Assembly: GCA_038279365.1 (NCBI GenBank)
Contig: JAYODI010000045.1
Location: 13,831 to 44,709 of the forward strand
Reading direction: 5' to 3'
Origin: Candidatus Latescibacterota bacterium
Lineage (GTDB): Bacteria > Latescibacterota > UBA2968
DNA: 30,879 nucleotides
A model generated the notes under the pieces. The model saw only the letters and a list, made by a program, of their open reading frames with translations, searched no databases and had not been told where the DNA came from. How positions within the stretch are numbered: position 1 is the first letter of the stretch; the number at the start of each line of letters is the position of its first letter. A program made the position numbers and the translations under genes. Shown here piece by piece: positions 9,638 to 18,906 of this stretch.

Positions 9638-9673
9638 AAAACGCCCACAACAATATCACTTTGTGGGCGTTTT
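9638..9673 (+). terminator. 13-bp inverted repeat: terminator of the small ORF and/or operator
   Basis: AAAACGCCCACAA-N10-TTGTGGGCGTTTT, a perfect stem followed by T-rich sequence. Confidence 0.6.
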
Positions 9674-9702
9674 CTTATTCACGTCATTCATTCTCTAATA
9701 CA

Positions 9703-10293
9703 ATGCCCATACATCCTCTGCGCCCCATCATTATCAAACCTGGCCCTTCGGGTTGGATATTTGTCGAACTGCCCTATTCACACGAACGGCTCGAAAAAAT
9801 CAAAACCATAGCCGGTCGCAAATGGCGCGAAACAGATCATTGCTGGGCCATTCCACGCACCGCCCGCACCATAGAACGGCTCAAAGCCCTCTTCTCTGGC
9901 GATCAAATCATTTTTAATCCCCAATCGACGCAAAAGAAAAAAACAAACCCCGTGGGTTGGCAACCTGCCATTCGCGTTGCACCAGGCCCAAAGCGTGAAT
10001 TAATCGACATATTTAAAAACATCTTACAACAAGAAGCCTATCGCCCACACACCATCAAAATCTACCTCTTACACGCACGCCGCTTCCTTAAAGCCATAAA
10101 CAAGATGCCTGCCGACCTCAACGAAGCAGACATCCAAAACTACCTCCATCAGCTACAAACACACAATACAGAAACCTACACAAACCAAGCCATTCGTGCC
10201 CTCAAGTCATTATGTCGTCTTGCCCTTCACAAACCACCCCATTTTTTGCATAATGCATTCCCCTCACGCACCAAACATCACGCCCAATCTTAA
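9703..10293 (+). CDS. Protein with a small N-terminal HARP-like domain plus a phage/integron integrase N-terminal SAM-like domain; no tyrosine-recombinase catalytic domain
   Basis: PYSHERLEKIKTIAGRKW...CWAIP segment, then YRPHTIKIYLLHARRFL...DLNEADIQNYLHQL...NQAIRALK, the pattern of the integrase SAM-like core-binding domain. The ORF stops where the catalytic domain would begin. Confidence 0.7.
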   Translation: MPIHPLRPIIIKPGPSGWIFVELPYSHERLEKIKTIAGRKWRETDHCWAIPRTARTIERLKALFSGDQIIFNPQSTQKKKTNPVGWQPAIRVAPGPKRELIDIFKNILQQEAYRPHTIKIYLLHARRFLKAINKMPADLNEADIQNYLHQLQTHNTETYTNQAIRALKSLCRLALHKPPHFLHNAFPSRTKHHAQS

Positions 10294-10535
10294 ACCTTTG
10301 TAACATCCAAATCATCCAAATAATAATCACATATCAAAAACCTGATGTTGATGAACATATATATTTATTTTGAACTTGACGCACACCCCATACATCTACA
10401 ATTTGTGTAGTGACGTCACGTAAACGGTTTCGAAACTTTACCCGTTAGAAATCGTCTCAATCATGAACCAACCGAATATCTTATTCATTGCATAGCCCCA
10501 AGCACCATCTTGCATCTCTTAGGAGCTCTTCGCTT

Positions 10536-12272
10536 ATGCCATACCTGTTATCACTCATTGCCCTCCTACTTCTCAGCACTTCCAATACGTGGGCCGTTGG
10601 AAATTACCGTTTTGCCGTTCCCAATGGCGACAGATTTAGTTGTAACTTGTGCCATCTTTCCAATCCGCCCACATTTCCCTACGACCTCAACCCCTTTGGC
10701 AGAGATGTGCGCATCAGTTTTGCAAGCGGAGGTGGCAGTGCCCCCCAATGGAATGAAGAGTTGGCCAAAAAAGACTCCGACGGAGATGGATATACCAACG
10801 GTGAAGAACTCCAAGAAGCAACGGGAAATATTTTTGCTTGGGAACCCCGAAGAATAGGAGGGGCAGATACCGACTGGGATGTTTCCTCAGGCATTCCCTC
10901 CTTGGTGCGCAACCCCGGCGATGGCACACTTTCCATTCCCACCCTGCGTTTTGACCCAATCGAATCAGATGATTATGCCTTCTATGTCAATGGTGTCAAA
11001 GATGAAACACGTACACGCACAGATTCTATAAATGTCGGTGAACGCCTCCAAATCACACTGTCAGGCCAAGCCAACGTCCCCAATCGGTCTATCACCTTGC
11101 GCATATTGGGCAAAACAGCCGAATTTGAAAACCTCCAAATTAACGTCTTAAACCGCGAAAATTTGCTCACAGGAGATGTCACGCGCTATCTCAAAGTGGA
11201 GCGATTCACCGCCACCCTCACCTGGACACCCACAGCAGAACAAGGGGGTGATCATACCATTGGCCTCGAAGTTTCCGATGGTACCACACAACCCATATTT
11301 CCCATTAAAATCTCCGTATATGGTGGCAATGTTCCCCCCGTCATCATCGAACCACCCCCGCCACCCCCACCCGTTACCGTCTCCGACTACACCGCATTAT
11401 CCTTCGACTTTGATAATTCACTTCTTATAGACCTTGGTGACTTTACACGATTTGCCCAAAACTTTGGCCTATCGTCTGTCCTAGCAGGCCCATACGACTT
11501 TGACAAAAGTGGCACCATCGATTGGCGCGACTTTCTCTTTTTTACATACTTCTACGGCAAACGGGTCAACAACGACATTTACCATCGCACCCCCGCTCGC
11601 GATCAGGTCACCTTTGTACCCGTTAAAGGCGGCAGTTACGTACAAGAAATAAATGGTCTGTTTCAACAAATCAATATCTTGGCCAACGACATCACCAAAA
11701 CAGAAATTGTCAATCGCCAATACAACCTCTTTCTTGTCAACAAAAACAATGTCTTAAGCCTCACCCCCGCCCCATTTAACAGCGTGGTTTTTGCAACACG
11801 AGCCGCAGAGTTTCCCGAACACCCCGTAGTGGGTGTCAGTTGGCAAATGGCAGATGAATATTGCAAATGGATGGGCGGGCGCTTGCCCACACGCGCCGAA
11901 TGGAACTTTGCAGCGCGCGGCACCACCTTACGTCGTTTTGCCAATGGCGATCAAATCACAGGCAACCAAGCCAACGCCCTAAACAGTGGAGATCCCTTTG
12001 AACCCGGCACCACACCGGTGGGTTATTACAATGGGCGAGATCAAAAAGGCTATCAAACCCAAGATACCTATTCACTCTATGGTGCCTACGACATGACCGG
12101 CAACGTCTGGGAATGGTGTGCCGATGTACGCGAAGACAACAAAGCCCCCGTCAAAGGTGGCAGTTATCTGGAAGATGTCAATTCATCCAATTTCACCCTC
12201 AATGCCGAACAATGGTTTGATGTCACCGACAAACGAGAAAATGTTGGTTTTCGGTGTTTAAAAGACAAATAG
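10536..12272 (+). CDS. Secreted multidomain protein: CxxCH/temptin-like N-domain, Ig/cadherin-like domain, Pro linker, dockerin-like EF-hand pair, C-terminal FGE-sulfatase (SUMF1/EgtB/PvdO-like) domain
   Basis: AGGAG RBS and signal peptide. CNLCH...LNPFGRD...DSDGDGYTNGEEL; LTWTPTAEQGG; poly-Pro; DFDNSLLIDLGDF and DFDKSGTIDWRDF; HPVVGVSW, RLPTRAEW, YDMTGNVWEWC, KGGSY and GFRC. Confidence 0.82.
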   Translation: MPYLLSLIALLLLSTSNTWAVGNYRFAVPNGDRFSCNLCHLSNPPTFPYDLNPFGRDVRISFASGGGSAPQWNEELAKKDSDGDGYTNGEELQEATGNIFAWEPRRIGGADTDWDVSSGIPSLVRNPGDGTLSIPTLRFDPIESDDYAFYVNGVKDETRTRTDSINVGERLQITLSGQANVPNRSITLRILGKTAEFENLQINVLNRENLLTGDVTRYLKVERFTATLTWTPTAEQGGDHTIGLEVSDGTTQPIFPIKISVYGGNVPPVIIEPPPPPPPVTVSDYTALSFDFDNSLLIDLGDFTRFAQNFGLSSVLAGPYDFDKSGTIDWRDFLFFTYFYGKRVNNDIYHRTPARDQVTFVPVKGGSYVQEINGLFQQINILANDITKTEIVNRQYNLFLVNKNNVLSLTPAPFNSVVFATRAAEFPEHPVVGVSWQMADEYCKWMGGRLPTRAEWNFAARGTTLRRFANGDQITGNQANALNSGDPFEPGTTPVGYYNGRDQKGYQTQDTYSLYGAYDMTGNVWEWCADVREDNKAPVKGGSYLEDVNSSNFTLNAEQWFDVTDKRENVGFRCLKDK

Positions 12273-12289
12273 AGTACGCGTTTCCAAAT

Positions 12290-12332
12290 AAAAAAGGCGG
12301 TAGAAGCAAACACAGCTTCTACCGCCTTTTTT
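12290..12332. terminator. Bidirectional intrinsic terminator between convergent genes
   Basis: AAAAAAGGCGGTAGAAGC-loop-GCTTCTACCGCCTTTTTT. Confidence 0.85.
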
Positions 12333-12349
12333 AGTATAAAGGTCACTCC

Positions 12350-14125
12350 TTACATCGTAAACGACATCAATCGACAACCACACGCAAAATAAACTGTCTG
12401 TCCCATCAGAGGACCTGCTGCACGCATTTCATCATCCGTTTCAAAAATCACCTCAACAGACAAAGACTCACGATCTAATCGATAAAAGTAATGTGTCGTA
12501 AATCCATAAACATCGCCATTCACAGTCTGCAACCCCAAATCCAAAGGGCGTCCGTCCAAAAGCGGTACCGCATCCACAAACTGGTGTGAAGCAGGATCAA
12601 ACACAAACAACTCAGGTTCACCCGTACCCAACACCGTACCATACAAAAGACCATCGCCCCCCACCGTCAACGCATTAAACACAGATACCGGCCGATCCAA
12701 AGTGCCTTGCCACGCCATTTTTTCAGCTTCATAATCCCACAAAATCAAATGTGCCTGATCCACCTTGGGCTGTGTGCCCGTACCACCGTGAATGCTGGTC
12801 CCCACCGCAATCATTTTTTGCGCTTCTAAGTGCGCCAACGAATAACAACTGCCCTCGCCAAAAATCGCGCCATACGAGCCCATTTGTTTTTTCTCTGGGT
12901 CATAATAAGACAACGGCCCGCCCCATATACCATAATCGGGTAATGACGCCGTCCACACCCGTCCCAACGGCCCACCCAATGTTGTGCGAGGACGATACGA
13001 CACATCATCCACACGCCCAATATCACGCGGGTTCGCCCCATCCTCTGTGCCATATACGTACCCCTGTGATGTGTCATAAACCGACATACGCGCCGCAGGG
13101 TAAGAAGAGATATACATCTTGCCATCCAAATTGGCCATCGAATACGCTTCACCACTCGACTCAGAACATTTGCCCAAATCGATCAACTCACCATCTGTGG
13201 GTTTATAACGAAACAAATGCAATGGCAAAATGCTCGACCCATACACACACTGGTCAGTCCCCTCGTGCAACACAAAAATATCACTGCCACTGGCATCGTA
13301 ATCCAACTCAAACACCTGCACATCACCATTGGGCTTTTTCACTTCCAACTTGCGGTTCAACTGCTGTGGCGCATCAGTAAATGAAAACGTAGACCCATCG
13401 GGCAACTGCAACACATCTTTGGCTTCGGGCACAGCATCAACCGCAACAGCCATCATGCCTTCAATGCGATAATTGCCTTTGCTCGAAACCACATACACCC
13501 ATCCATCCGTGCCCCTAACCACATTGATCTCCCCCTCACCTTTTGGCACCACAGGCCCAACCGCTTTCTTTTCTCCTGTCGCAGGGTCAAACATCACCAC
13601 ATGAGGCTGAGTCATCTTCACAAAATTCGCAATCAAACCATCGGCATTTACAAATGGATAGTTATACATATCCACTTCATCCATACGCCCATACGGTGTA
13701 AAGGTATTTGTTTGCGGGTCATAACACGTCAAATCCGCCGTGCCATAACTGCCAATCCAAATACGCCCTTGAGCATCTTCATCCATCCGACACGGAAATG
13801 TAGCCGCCCCCTCATGAATTGTCCCCAAATCCAACAACGCATCTTCTTTCGGATCAAAACACAACAAATGCCCCGCATAAGCACTGCCCACATACAACCG
13901 CCCAGATTTGCTCATCAACGTTGCCGTCGGATAATTCGACTTCGGCACCGTAGAAACAAACTGTCGAAACGCCCCCGCCTCTGGATCAACCTGCAACACA
14001 AACAAATTGTCACCCTGCTGCCCCATTGTGGCATAAATACACGGCTGTTCTTGCTTGTTCACACCCGCGTGCAACCGCACCCAGTTAACCGACCGAACCG
14101 GCACCCCGATTTCACGTATTGCCAT
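12350..14125 (-). CDS. Hypothetical beta-propeller protein (591 aa, probably a double propeller, no signal peptide)
   Basis: Long ORF with RBS GAGG. Repeated blade-like motifs (GRLYVGS, GRIWIGSY, GKMYISSY, GLLYGT, x-F/Y-D-P turns). Confidence 0.7.
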   Translation of the reverse strand: MAIREIGVPVRSVNWVRLHAGVNKQEQPCIYATMGQQGDNLFVLQVDPEAGAFRQFVSTVPKSNYPTATLMSKSGRLYVGSAYAGHLLCFDPKEDALLDLGTIHEGAATFPCRMDEDAQGRIWIGSYGTADLTCYDPQTNTFTPYGRMDEVDMYNYPFVNADGLIANFVKMTQPHVVMFDPATGEKKAVGPVVPKGEGEINVVRGTDGWVYVVSSKGNYRIEGMMAVAVDAVPEAKDVLQLPDGSTFSFTDAPQQLNRKLEVKKPNGDVQVFELDYDASGSDIFVLHEGTDQCVYGSSILPLHLFRYKPTDGELIDLGKCSESSGEAYSMANLDGKMYISSYPAARMSVYDTSQGYVYGTEDGANPRDIGRVDDVSYRPRTTLGGPLGRVWTASLPDYGIWGGPLSYYDPEKKQMGSYGAIFGEGSCYSLAHLEAQKMIAVGTSIHGGTGTQPKVDQAHLILWDYEAEKMAWQGTLDRPVSVFNALTVGGDGLLYGTVLGTGEPELFVFDPASHQFVDAVPLLDGRPLDLGLQTVNGDVYGFTTHYFYRLDRESLSVEVIFETDDEMRAAGPLMGQTVYFACGCRLMSFTM

Positions 14126-14209
14126 TTTCGCCTCTTTCCATAACTAAAAAAGAAATCACATGAAGCCATCATGATTTTCCGCGCCATTCCGTCCAGCTAT
14201 TCATGCCAT

Positions 14210-14440
14210 AAAACCACCCAATCTGATAGGCCACAGAACAATATGTACCCACAAGGGATATTTGCGGACCAAACAAGCACACGCGCAGCGGGTGGTTTTC
14301 TAACTTGTTAGAAAAGGCACGAAGTGCCCTTGTTTAGAATAAGGAGCGGAGCGACGAAACACATCAGCCTTCCCGGCACCTGAGGGACGGCATTTTTTGC
14401 TTACTTTTTCTGTTGAAAAAAAGTAAGTCGCCGAAGGCAA
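14210..14440 (+). repeat. Palindrome-rich intergenic element (possible non-autonomous mobile or REP-like element, or structured RNA)
   Basis: Long-range pair AAAACCACCC (14210-19) / GGGTGGTTTT (14290-99). Hairpins at 14296-14315 and 14400-14427. Four GNA-triloop mini-hairpins. Confidence 0.5.
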
Positions 14441-14469
14441 ACAAAGTCATTAACAAAAACTGAAGGTTC

Positions 14470-15666
14470 TCATTTCAATTCCCCAAGCGCCTCTCTCATC
14501 CCCCCCAACGCCTCATCAATATCCGCTTCCGAATGTGAATAATTCGGATAACACACCGAATAAATAATCACACCCCGTTTTAAAACTTCCCCATTAAACT
14601 GCACAAACAATTCTGCATTTTGCGATGCATCTTCATGAGAAAATGCCAACAATCCCAACGGCGGCATCCCCCAAAACTGTGCGGGAATCTCCAACTCTGC
14701 ACACACCTCATTAAATCCCATATGCAGTTGCTGCCCACGCGCCCAAAGCGTTTCAATAACCGGTTCGTCTTCATACACATTCAACACCGCATCACACGCC
14801 GCCAAACCCAATGTATCTCCGCCAAATGTAGATGAAATCACCACATCTTTAACCACATCCATCACATCGGCGCGCCCACAATAACATGATAACGGTACCC
14901 CATTGGACATCCCTTTGGCAAACACCGCCAAATCGGGTATCACATTAAAATATTCTTGTGCACCCGCACGTGCCAATCGAAACCCGGTCACAATCTCATC
15001 AAAAATCAACAACGCACCATATTTTTCGGTCAACGCACGCAAAGCAGGCAAAAACTCGTGTCCTTTTTCCATATCGCGATAATCACACGCCACACTCACG
15101 GCCGCTATCTCATCACCCATATCCCGAAACAAGTCTTCAAAAGGTGTCACATCTCCCCATGGTAATTGTCGATACACAGACCCAATCGCTTTGGGCGTGC
15201 CTTTGCCCGTCACTGTATTGATCCACCCATGATACCCACACGTCACCACCACATCACGCCCCGTAAACCCACGCGCCAAACGATGTGTGGCCGCCATCGC
15301 CTCACCACCCGTTTTCAAAAACCGCACTTTTTCAGCACACGGAATGATATCCACCAACCGCCGTGCAACCCGATCTTCCAATGGATGGGCATAACTAAAA
15401 ATATACCCATTATCAATCTGCGCCTTAACCGCATTGTCTACCGCTTCAAAACAATACCCCAACGACACCGGCCCCAACCCATTGCGAAAATCAATATATT
15501 CATTGCCATCCACATCCCACACCCGACACCCCTTGCCCTTCACCAAAAAACACGGCTCAACATCGCGCAACGCTTCACGCGGTGCCTTAGAGTGTGTCTG
15601 CGTACCCATTGGAATAACACCACAGGCCAGTTCGTATAAAGCCCGCGATTTCTGAACACGGCTCAT
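14470..15666 (-). CDS. Class III PLP-dependent aminotransferase (glutamate-1-semialdehyde aminomutase-like paralogue)
   Basis: GKGCRVWDVDGNEYIDF, GYHGW, LIFDEIVTGFR, FAKGMSNG (PLP Lys) and SSTFGG. Start is ambiguous among 15672, 15669 and 15666. Confidence 0.88.
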   Translation of the reverse strand: MSRVQKSRALYELACGVIPMGTQTHSKAPREALRDVEPCFLVKGKGCRVWDVDGNEYIDFRNGLGPVSLGYCFEAVDNAVKAQIDNGYIFSYAHPLEDRVARRLVDIIPCAEKVRFLKTGGEAMAATHRLARGFTGRDVVVTCGYHGWINTVTGKGTPKAIGSVYRQLPWGDVTPFEDLFRDMGDEIAAVSVACDYRDMEKGHEFLPALRALTEKYGALLIFDEIVTGFRLARAGAQEYFNVIPDLAVFAKGMSNGVPLSCYCGRADVMDVVKDVVISSTFGGDTLGLAACDAVLNVYEDEPVIETLWARGQQLHMGFNEVCAELEIPAQFWGMPPLGLLAFSHEDASQNAELFVQFNGEVLKRGVIIYSVCYPNYSHSEADIDEALGGMREALGELK

Positions 15667-15747
15667 CATCACCTCACATCATAACCAATTAGAAAGTGCA
15701 TGCTTAACCACTGCTCCAAGAATAGCCATTCAATCACCCACCGTCAA

Positions 15748-15782
15748 CAAACAAAAGGCGCGACAGGTTTCCCCATCGCGCC
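15748..15782 (-). terminator. Intrinsic terminator after the DegT-family gene
   Basis: Minus strand GGCGCGAUGGG-GAAA-CCUGUCGCGCC followed by UUUUGUUUG (11-bp stem with two G-U pairs). Confidence 0.7.
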
Positions 15783-15819
15783 CATTCACAACGTCGATCA
15801 CTTAAAGCTTTTTATCGCC

Positions 15820-17043
15820 CTACGACATCGCTTTGGCCACCTTATTAATAGCCGTTGCAATGTCTCTCACATCATCTTCACTCATGTGCTCATGAATGCC
15901 ACACAACGCCACGGTTGACAGTGCCTGAACAGCACCCGGCACAATTTCTGGCCCATAGTGATATTCTCGGCTCGTCACCCCATGATGAAAAGGAAAACCA
16001 CTGTTGCCATACGTCTTCTTCTCGGTCAAATAATTGCCCCGCATAAAAATGGGGTCTTTAATATAATGTGCGCCCAATGGCACTCCTTCAGCACTCACAG
16101 CCTTGCAAAAGGCCTCGGGTTCATGGCCTGTAATGTGAAACACAAAATTCCACCAAGACACTTCCCTGTCCCCTTCAAACGGAATGGGTGTCACACCAGG
16201 CGCATCTTCGATCAACTCACACAACAGCTTTCCCAATGCAATCCGTTTTTCAACCGTATTGCGCACCTTTTCCAACTGCGCCACACCCACCGCACCTTGC
16301 ATTTCCGTCATGCGATAGTTGGGGGCCACAAACTCATGGTCGCGGTCACCCATATACTTATAATCCCACCCCTTATCCGAAAACAACTTCAACCGAATAT
16401 AGGTGTCTTCATCATTGGTCACCGTCATCCCACCATCACCTGTTGTCATATGTTTAGACTGTTGCAAACTAAAACATCCCATATGACCAAAAGTACCCAC
16501 ATACTTGCCTTTATATTTGGTTACATGACATTGGCTACAATCTTCAATCAACGTCACATTATACTTTTCAGCAATCTTCACCACTTCATCCACATTACAA
16601 GGCCGCCCAAACAAATGCACCAAAATAATGGCCCGTGTGCGATCTGTGATATTGGCCTCAATCGACTCGGGAGTCATATTCATCGACAATGGATCCACAT
16701 CGGCAAAAACAGGCACCGCATTTTGAATCAAAATGGGCATCACACTTCCAGGGTCGGTAATCGGTGCCGTAATAATCTCATCACCCGGGTTGGGGTTTAC
16801 CACACCCACGGCCAAGTGAATGGCCGCCGTACCACTTGTGGCACTTTGGGCATAATTCATTCCATAAAGTGCGGCAAACTTCTGTTCAAATTCTTTCACA
16901 AACGTGCCACTTTTGCCAAACAAATTTTGACTGCGCACAGCCTGAATCAACAAATCTTCTTCTTTTTGTCCAAATGGTGTTCGCTTGGGAAACGGTTCTT
17001 TACGCACTTTTTCACCACCATCAATCGCCAATTTTTCACTCAC
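15820..17043 (-). CDS. DegT/DnrJ/EryC1/StrS family sugar/cyclitol aminotransferase
   Basis: KLAIDGG, SGTAAIH, VHLFG, IEDCSQ, FSLQQSKHMTTGDGG (PLP Lys) and NYRMTEMQGAVG. GTG start preceded by AAAGGGGTG. Confidence 0.9.
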   Translation of the reverse strand: MSEKLAIDGGEKVRKEPFPKRTPFGQKEEDLLIQAVRSQNLFGKSGTFVKEFEQKFAALYGMNYAQSATSGTAAIHLAVGVVNPNPGDEIITAPITDPGSVMPILIQNAVPVFADVDPLSMNMTPESIEANITDRTRAIILVHLFGRPCNVDEVVKIAEKYNVTLIEDCSQCHVTKYKGKYVGTFGHMGCFSLQQSKHMTTGDGGMTVTNDEDTYIRLKLFSDKGWDYKYMGDRDHEFVAPNYRMTEMQGAVGVAQLEKVRNTVEKRIALGKLLCELIEDAPGVTPIPFEGDREVSWWNFVFHITGHEPEAFCKAVSAEGVPLGAHYIKDPIFMRGNYLTEKKTYGNSGFPFHHGVTSREYHYGPEIVPGAVQALSTVALCGIHEHMSEDDVRDIATAINKVAKAMS

Positions 17044-17082
17044 GTCACACACCCCTTTTTTCAAGTCAAATTAAAATGGATC

Positions 17083-18732
17083 TTATTGCACCGTTAACTT
17101 CAACTCTTGTCGTTTTGTATGCTTATGAAAAGGAACCACCACCACAATACGCGCTTCTTCTACAAAGGCCGCACCATCTTTGCGATACGGGTTATGTGGC
17201 AATACTGGCCAAACAATACGCCCACCTTCAGGCACAGTCAAATGCCATCCTGCATGGGCAAGCCATTTGGGATTTTCCCAAGCTACCTCCTGTTCGCCCA
17301 CAGCATCCACGCACCCTACCTCAGAACGCATTTCTTCCCCTAAATGGGGAATCAATGTAATATGCGCCTCAACAGGCAGATCCGTCTCTACCGACGATGC
17401 CACCACAAGCGTGAGCACACGATCCCCTTCAGGTTTCACAGTCACCCGACAATCTTCTGCCCCATATTTCAAAGTCAATGTTGGGCGTTCATCATCGTCG
17501 TGTACCTTGGCACAATCAGGCACATGAACAAGCCCGTCTCGCACACCAAAATCGGGCTCTTCTTCACCCGTTTTGTGCGAAAGCAAAGACACATCACCCA
17601 CCGTAAACGTACTCCACAAAGGTTGTAACTTCGTATTCCCCCCTCCCACAATCAAACCCACTTCATCATGAAATACACTCACAAAATTCTGCCGATCTTG
17701 CCCCCACCGATTTTGTGGTATCTCAGTCACAAACCCCGATAAGGCAACAAACCAAGGACGTTGACGCATCATCATGGCATCATCATCTAACCGTGTAATG
17801 TGTTCCACTTGTGCCGCCGCCGTAGCAATGGCATCTCCATCGGCCCCATAAAGCAACATCTGTGCAGCATAGTCGGCATCAAACGTTTGCCCTTCGCTCA
17901 AATAAATGGCGTGTTGTTGTGCCAAAAATCCGCGCCCTTCTGCCGTATGCGCAAACCCCACATTACCCAAACGTACACCTTCATGATAGGGGTTGCGTCC
18001 ATCCACCGTTTCAAGCAAACTGCCATCGGGGTAAACACACGCCGAATGATACTGCGCGGCCCTTCGCAATGCATCCAACCCCGAATCATCTCCAGACATC
18101 GCATAATACACACCCAACGCTTCGGCATAAACAAAGTTATAGGCCACAACAGGCCCTTTGTGTTCAGCCCACCAGCCTTGAGGAGATTGTTCAGCAATCA
18201 TGCGCCCCATAAAATCGTGTGCTTGTTGTTTCCAATCATCCCGCTCAAAAACTTGCCCCGCACAATATAACCCCATCGCATGATGGGTGGGAATATTGTG
18301 AATTCTATCCATTGCCGTACGCGCAATCCCATCATAACCCTTCATCAACGCAGCACCCTGTCGCGCACGATCGGCATCATCCATTGCATCTTTCACAATC
18401 GCAAATGCACGCATCCATCGGCTATACACCCAAGGCATATAAATTTGCCCCCAGGTCGAATGGTCTTTTTTGCGAAACGTAAACATCCCATCTTCATCTT
18501 GCGCATCAATCAGCGCATCCCCACCCAATACAATCGCATTGAGTACCTGCTCGCTGTGATAATGCGCGCTGTCTTCCAAAGCCCACGCCGCCGCCAATGC
18601 CAACAATCGATTTTGATCGGTGCTAATCCACGGCTCATCACCAAATTGCCCATTCGGTTTTTGCACCGCCAAAATATCAGGTACAGCCAAATCCAAAGAC
18701 TCCAACAACTGCGGTTCACGTGTCCAAATCAT
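17083..18732 (-). CDS. Hypothetical protein; helical (alpha/alpha toroid-like) N-domain plus beta-rich C-domain, possibly heparinase II/III or lyase-like fold
   Basis: 549-aa ORF with GAGAGGG RBS. Helical repeats with IHNIPTHH and QGWWAEHKGPVVAYN, then beta-strand-rich sequence. The fold assignment is inference. Confidence 0.6.
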   Translation of the reverse strand: MIWTREPQLLESLDLAVPDILAVQKPNGQFGDEPWISTDQNRLLALAAAWALEDSAHYHSEQVLNAIVLGGDALIDAQDEDGMFTFRKKDHSTWGQIYMPWVYSRWMRAFAIVKDAMDDADRARQGAALMKGYDGIARTAMDRIHNIPTHHAMGLYCAGQVFERDDWKQQAHDFMGRMIAEQSPQGWWAEHKGPVVAYNFVYAEALGVYYAMSGDDSGLDALRRAAQYHSACVYPDGSLLETVDGRNPYHEGVRLGNVGFAHTAEGRGFLAQQHAIYLSEGQTFDADYAAQMLLYGADGDAIATAAAQVEHITRLDDDAMMMRQRPWFVALSGFVTEIPQNRWGQDRQNFVSVFHDEVGLIVGGGNTKLQPLWSTFTVGDVSLLSHKTGEEEPDFGVRDGLVHVPDCAKVHDDDERPTLTLKYGAEDCRVTVKPEGDRVLTLVVASSVETDLPVEAHITLIPHLGEEMRSEVGCVDAVGEQEVAWENPKWLAHAGWHLTVPEGGRIVWPVLPHNPYRKDGAAFVEEARIVVVVPFHKHTKRQELKLTVQ

Positions 18733-18770
18733 AACCCACCCTCTCAATAATTCAGTGATAAATAAAACAA

Positions 18771-18870
18771 GTGAAACGGCAAACGTGAAACGGCAAATGT
18801 AAAACCTTTAAAATCTGTGAAACGCCAAACGTGAAACGGCAAATGTAAAACCTTTAAAATCAAGAAAACA
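18771..18870. repeat. Two tandem 45-bp direct repeats built from heptamers (GTGAAAC/GGCAAAC/GGCAAAT/GTAAAAC) plus an AAGAAAACA tail; dispersed repeat copy 1
   Basis: 18771-18815 and 18817-18861 differ at one base. The sequence recurs at 30826-30879. Confidence 0.92.
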
Positions 18871-18906
18871 AAATCTATCACACAATCAAATCACACGGTT
18901 GATTCG

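Noticed and set aside
9703..10540. Integron (intI plus attI/attC cassettes) or prophage boundary
   Set aside because: No catalytic domain, no convincing attC with RYYYAAC/GTTRRRY ends, and no phage genes or tRNA target.
12100..12272. FGE/CLec C-terminus as a diversity-generating retroelement variable region
   Set aside because: No template repeat, reverse transcriptase or avd gene is seen in the window; a remote DGR cannot be excluded.
10536..12272. True formylglycine-generating enzyme maturing the nearby sulfatase
   Set aside because: It lacks the catalytic Cys pair and is secreted, whereas the sulfatase has no signal peptide.
14470..15666. hemL assignment
   Set aside because: The N-terminus reads GTQTHSK rather than the GGVNSPVR typical of HemL, and no heme biosynthesis genes are adjacent.
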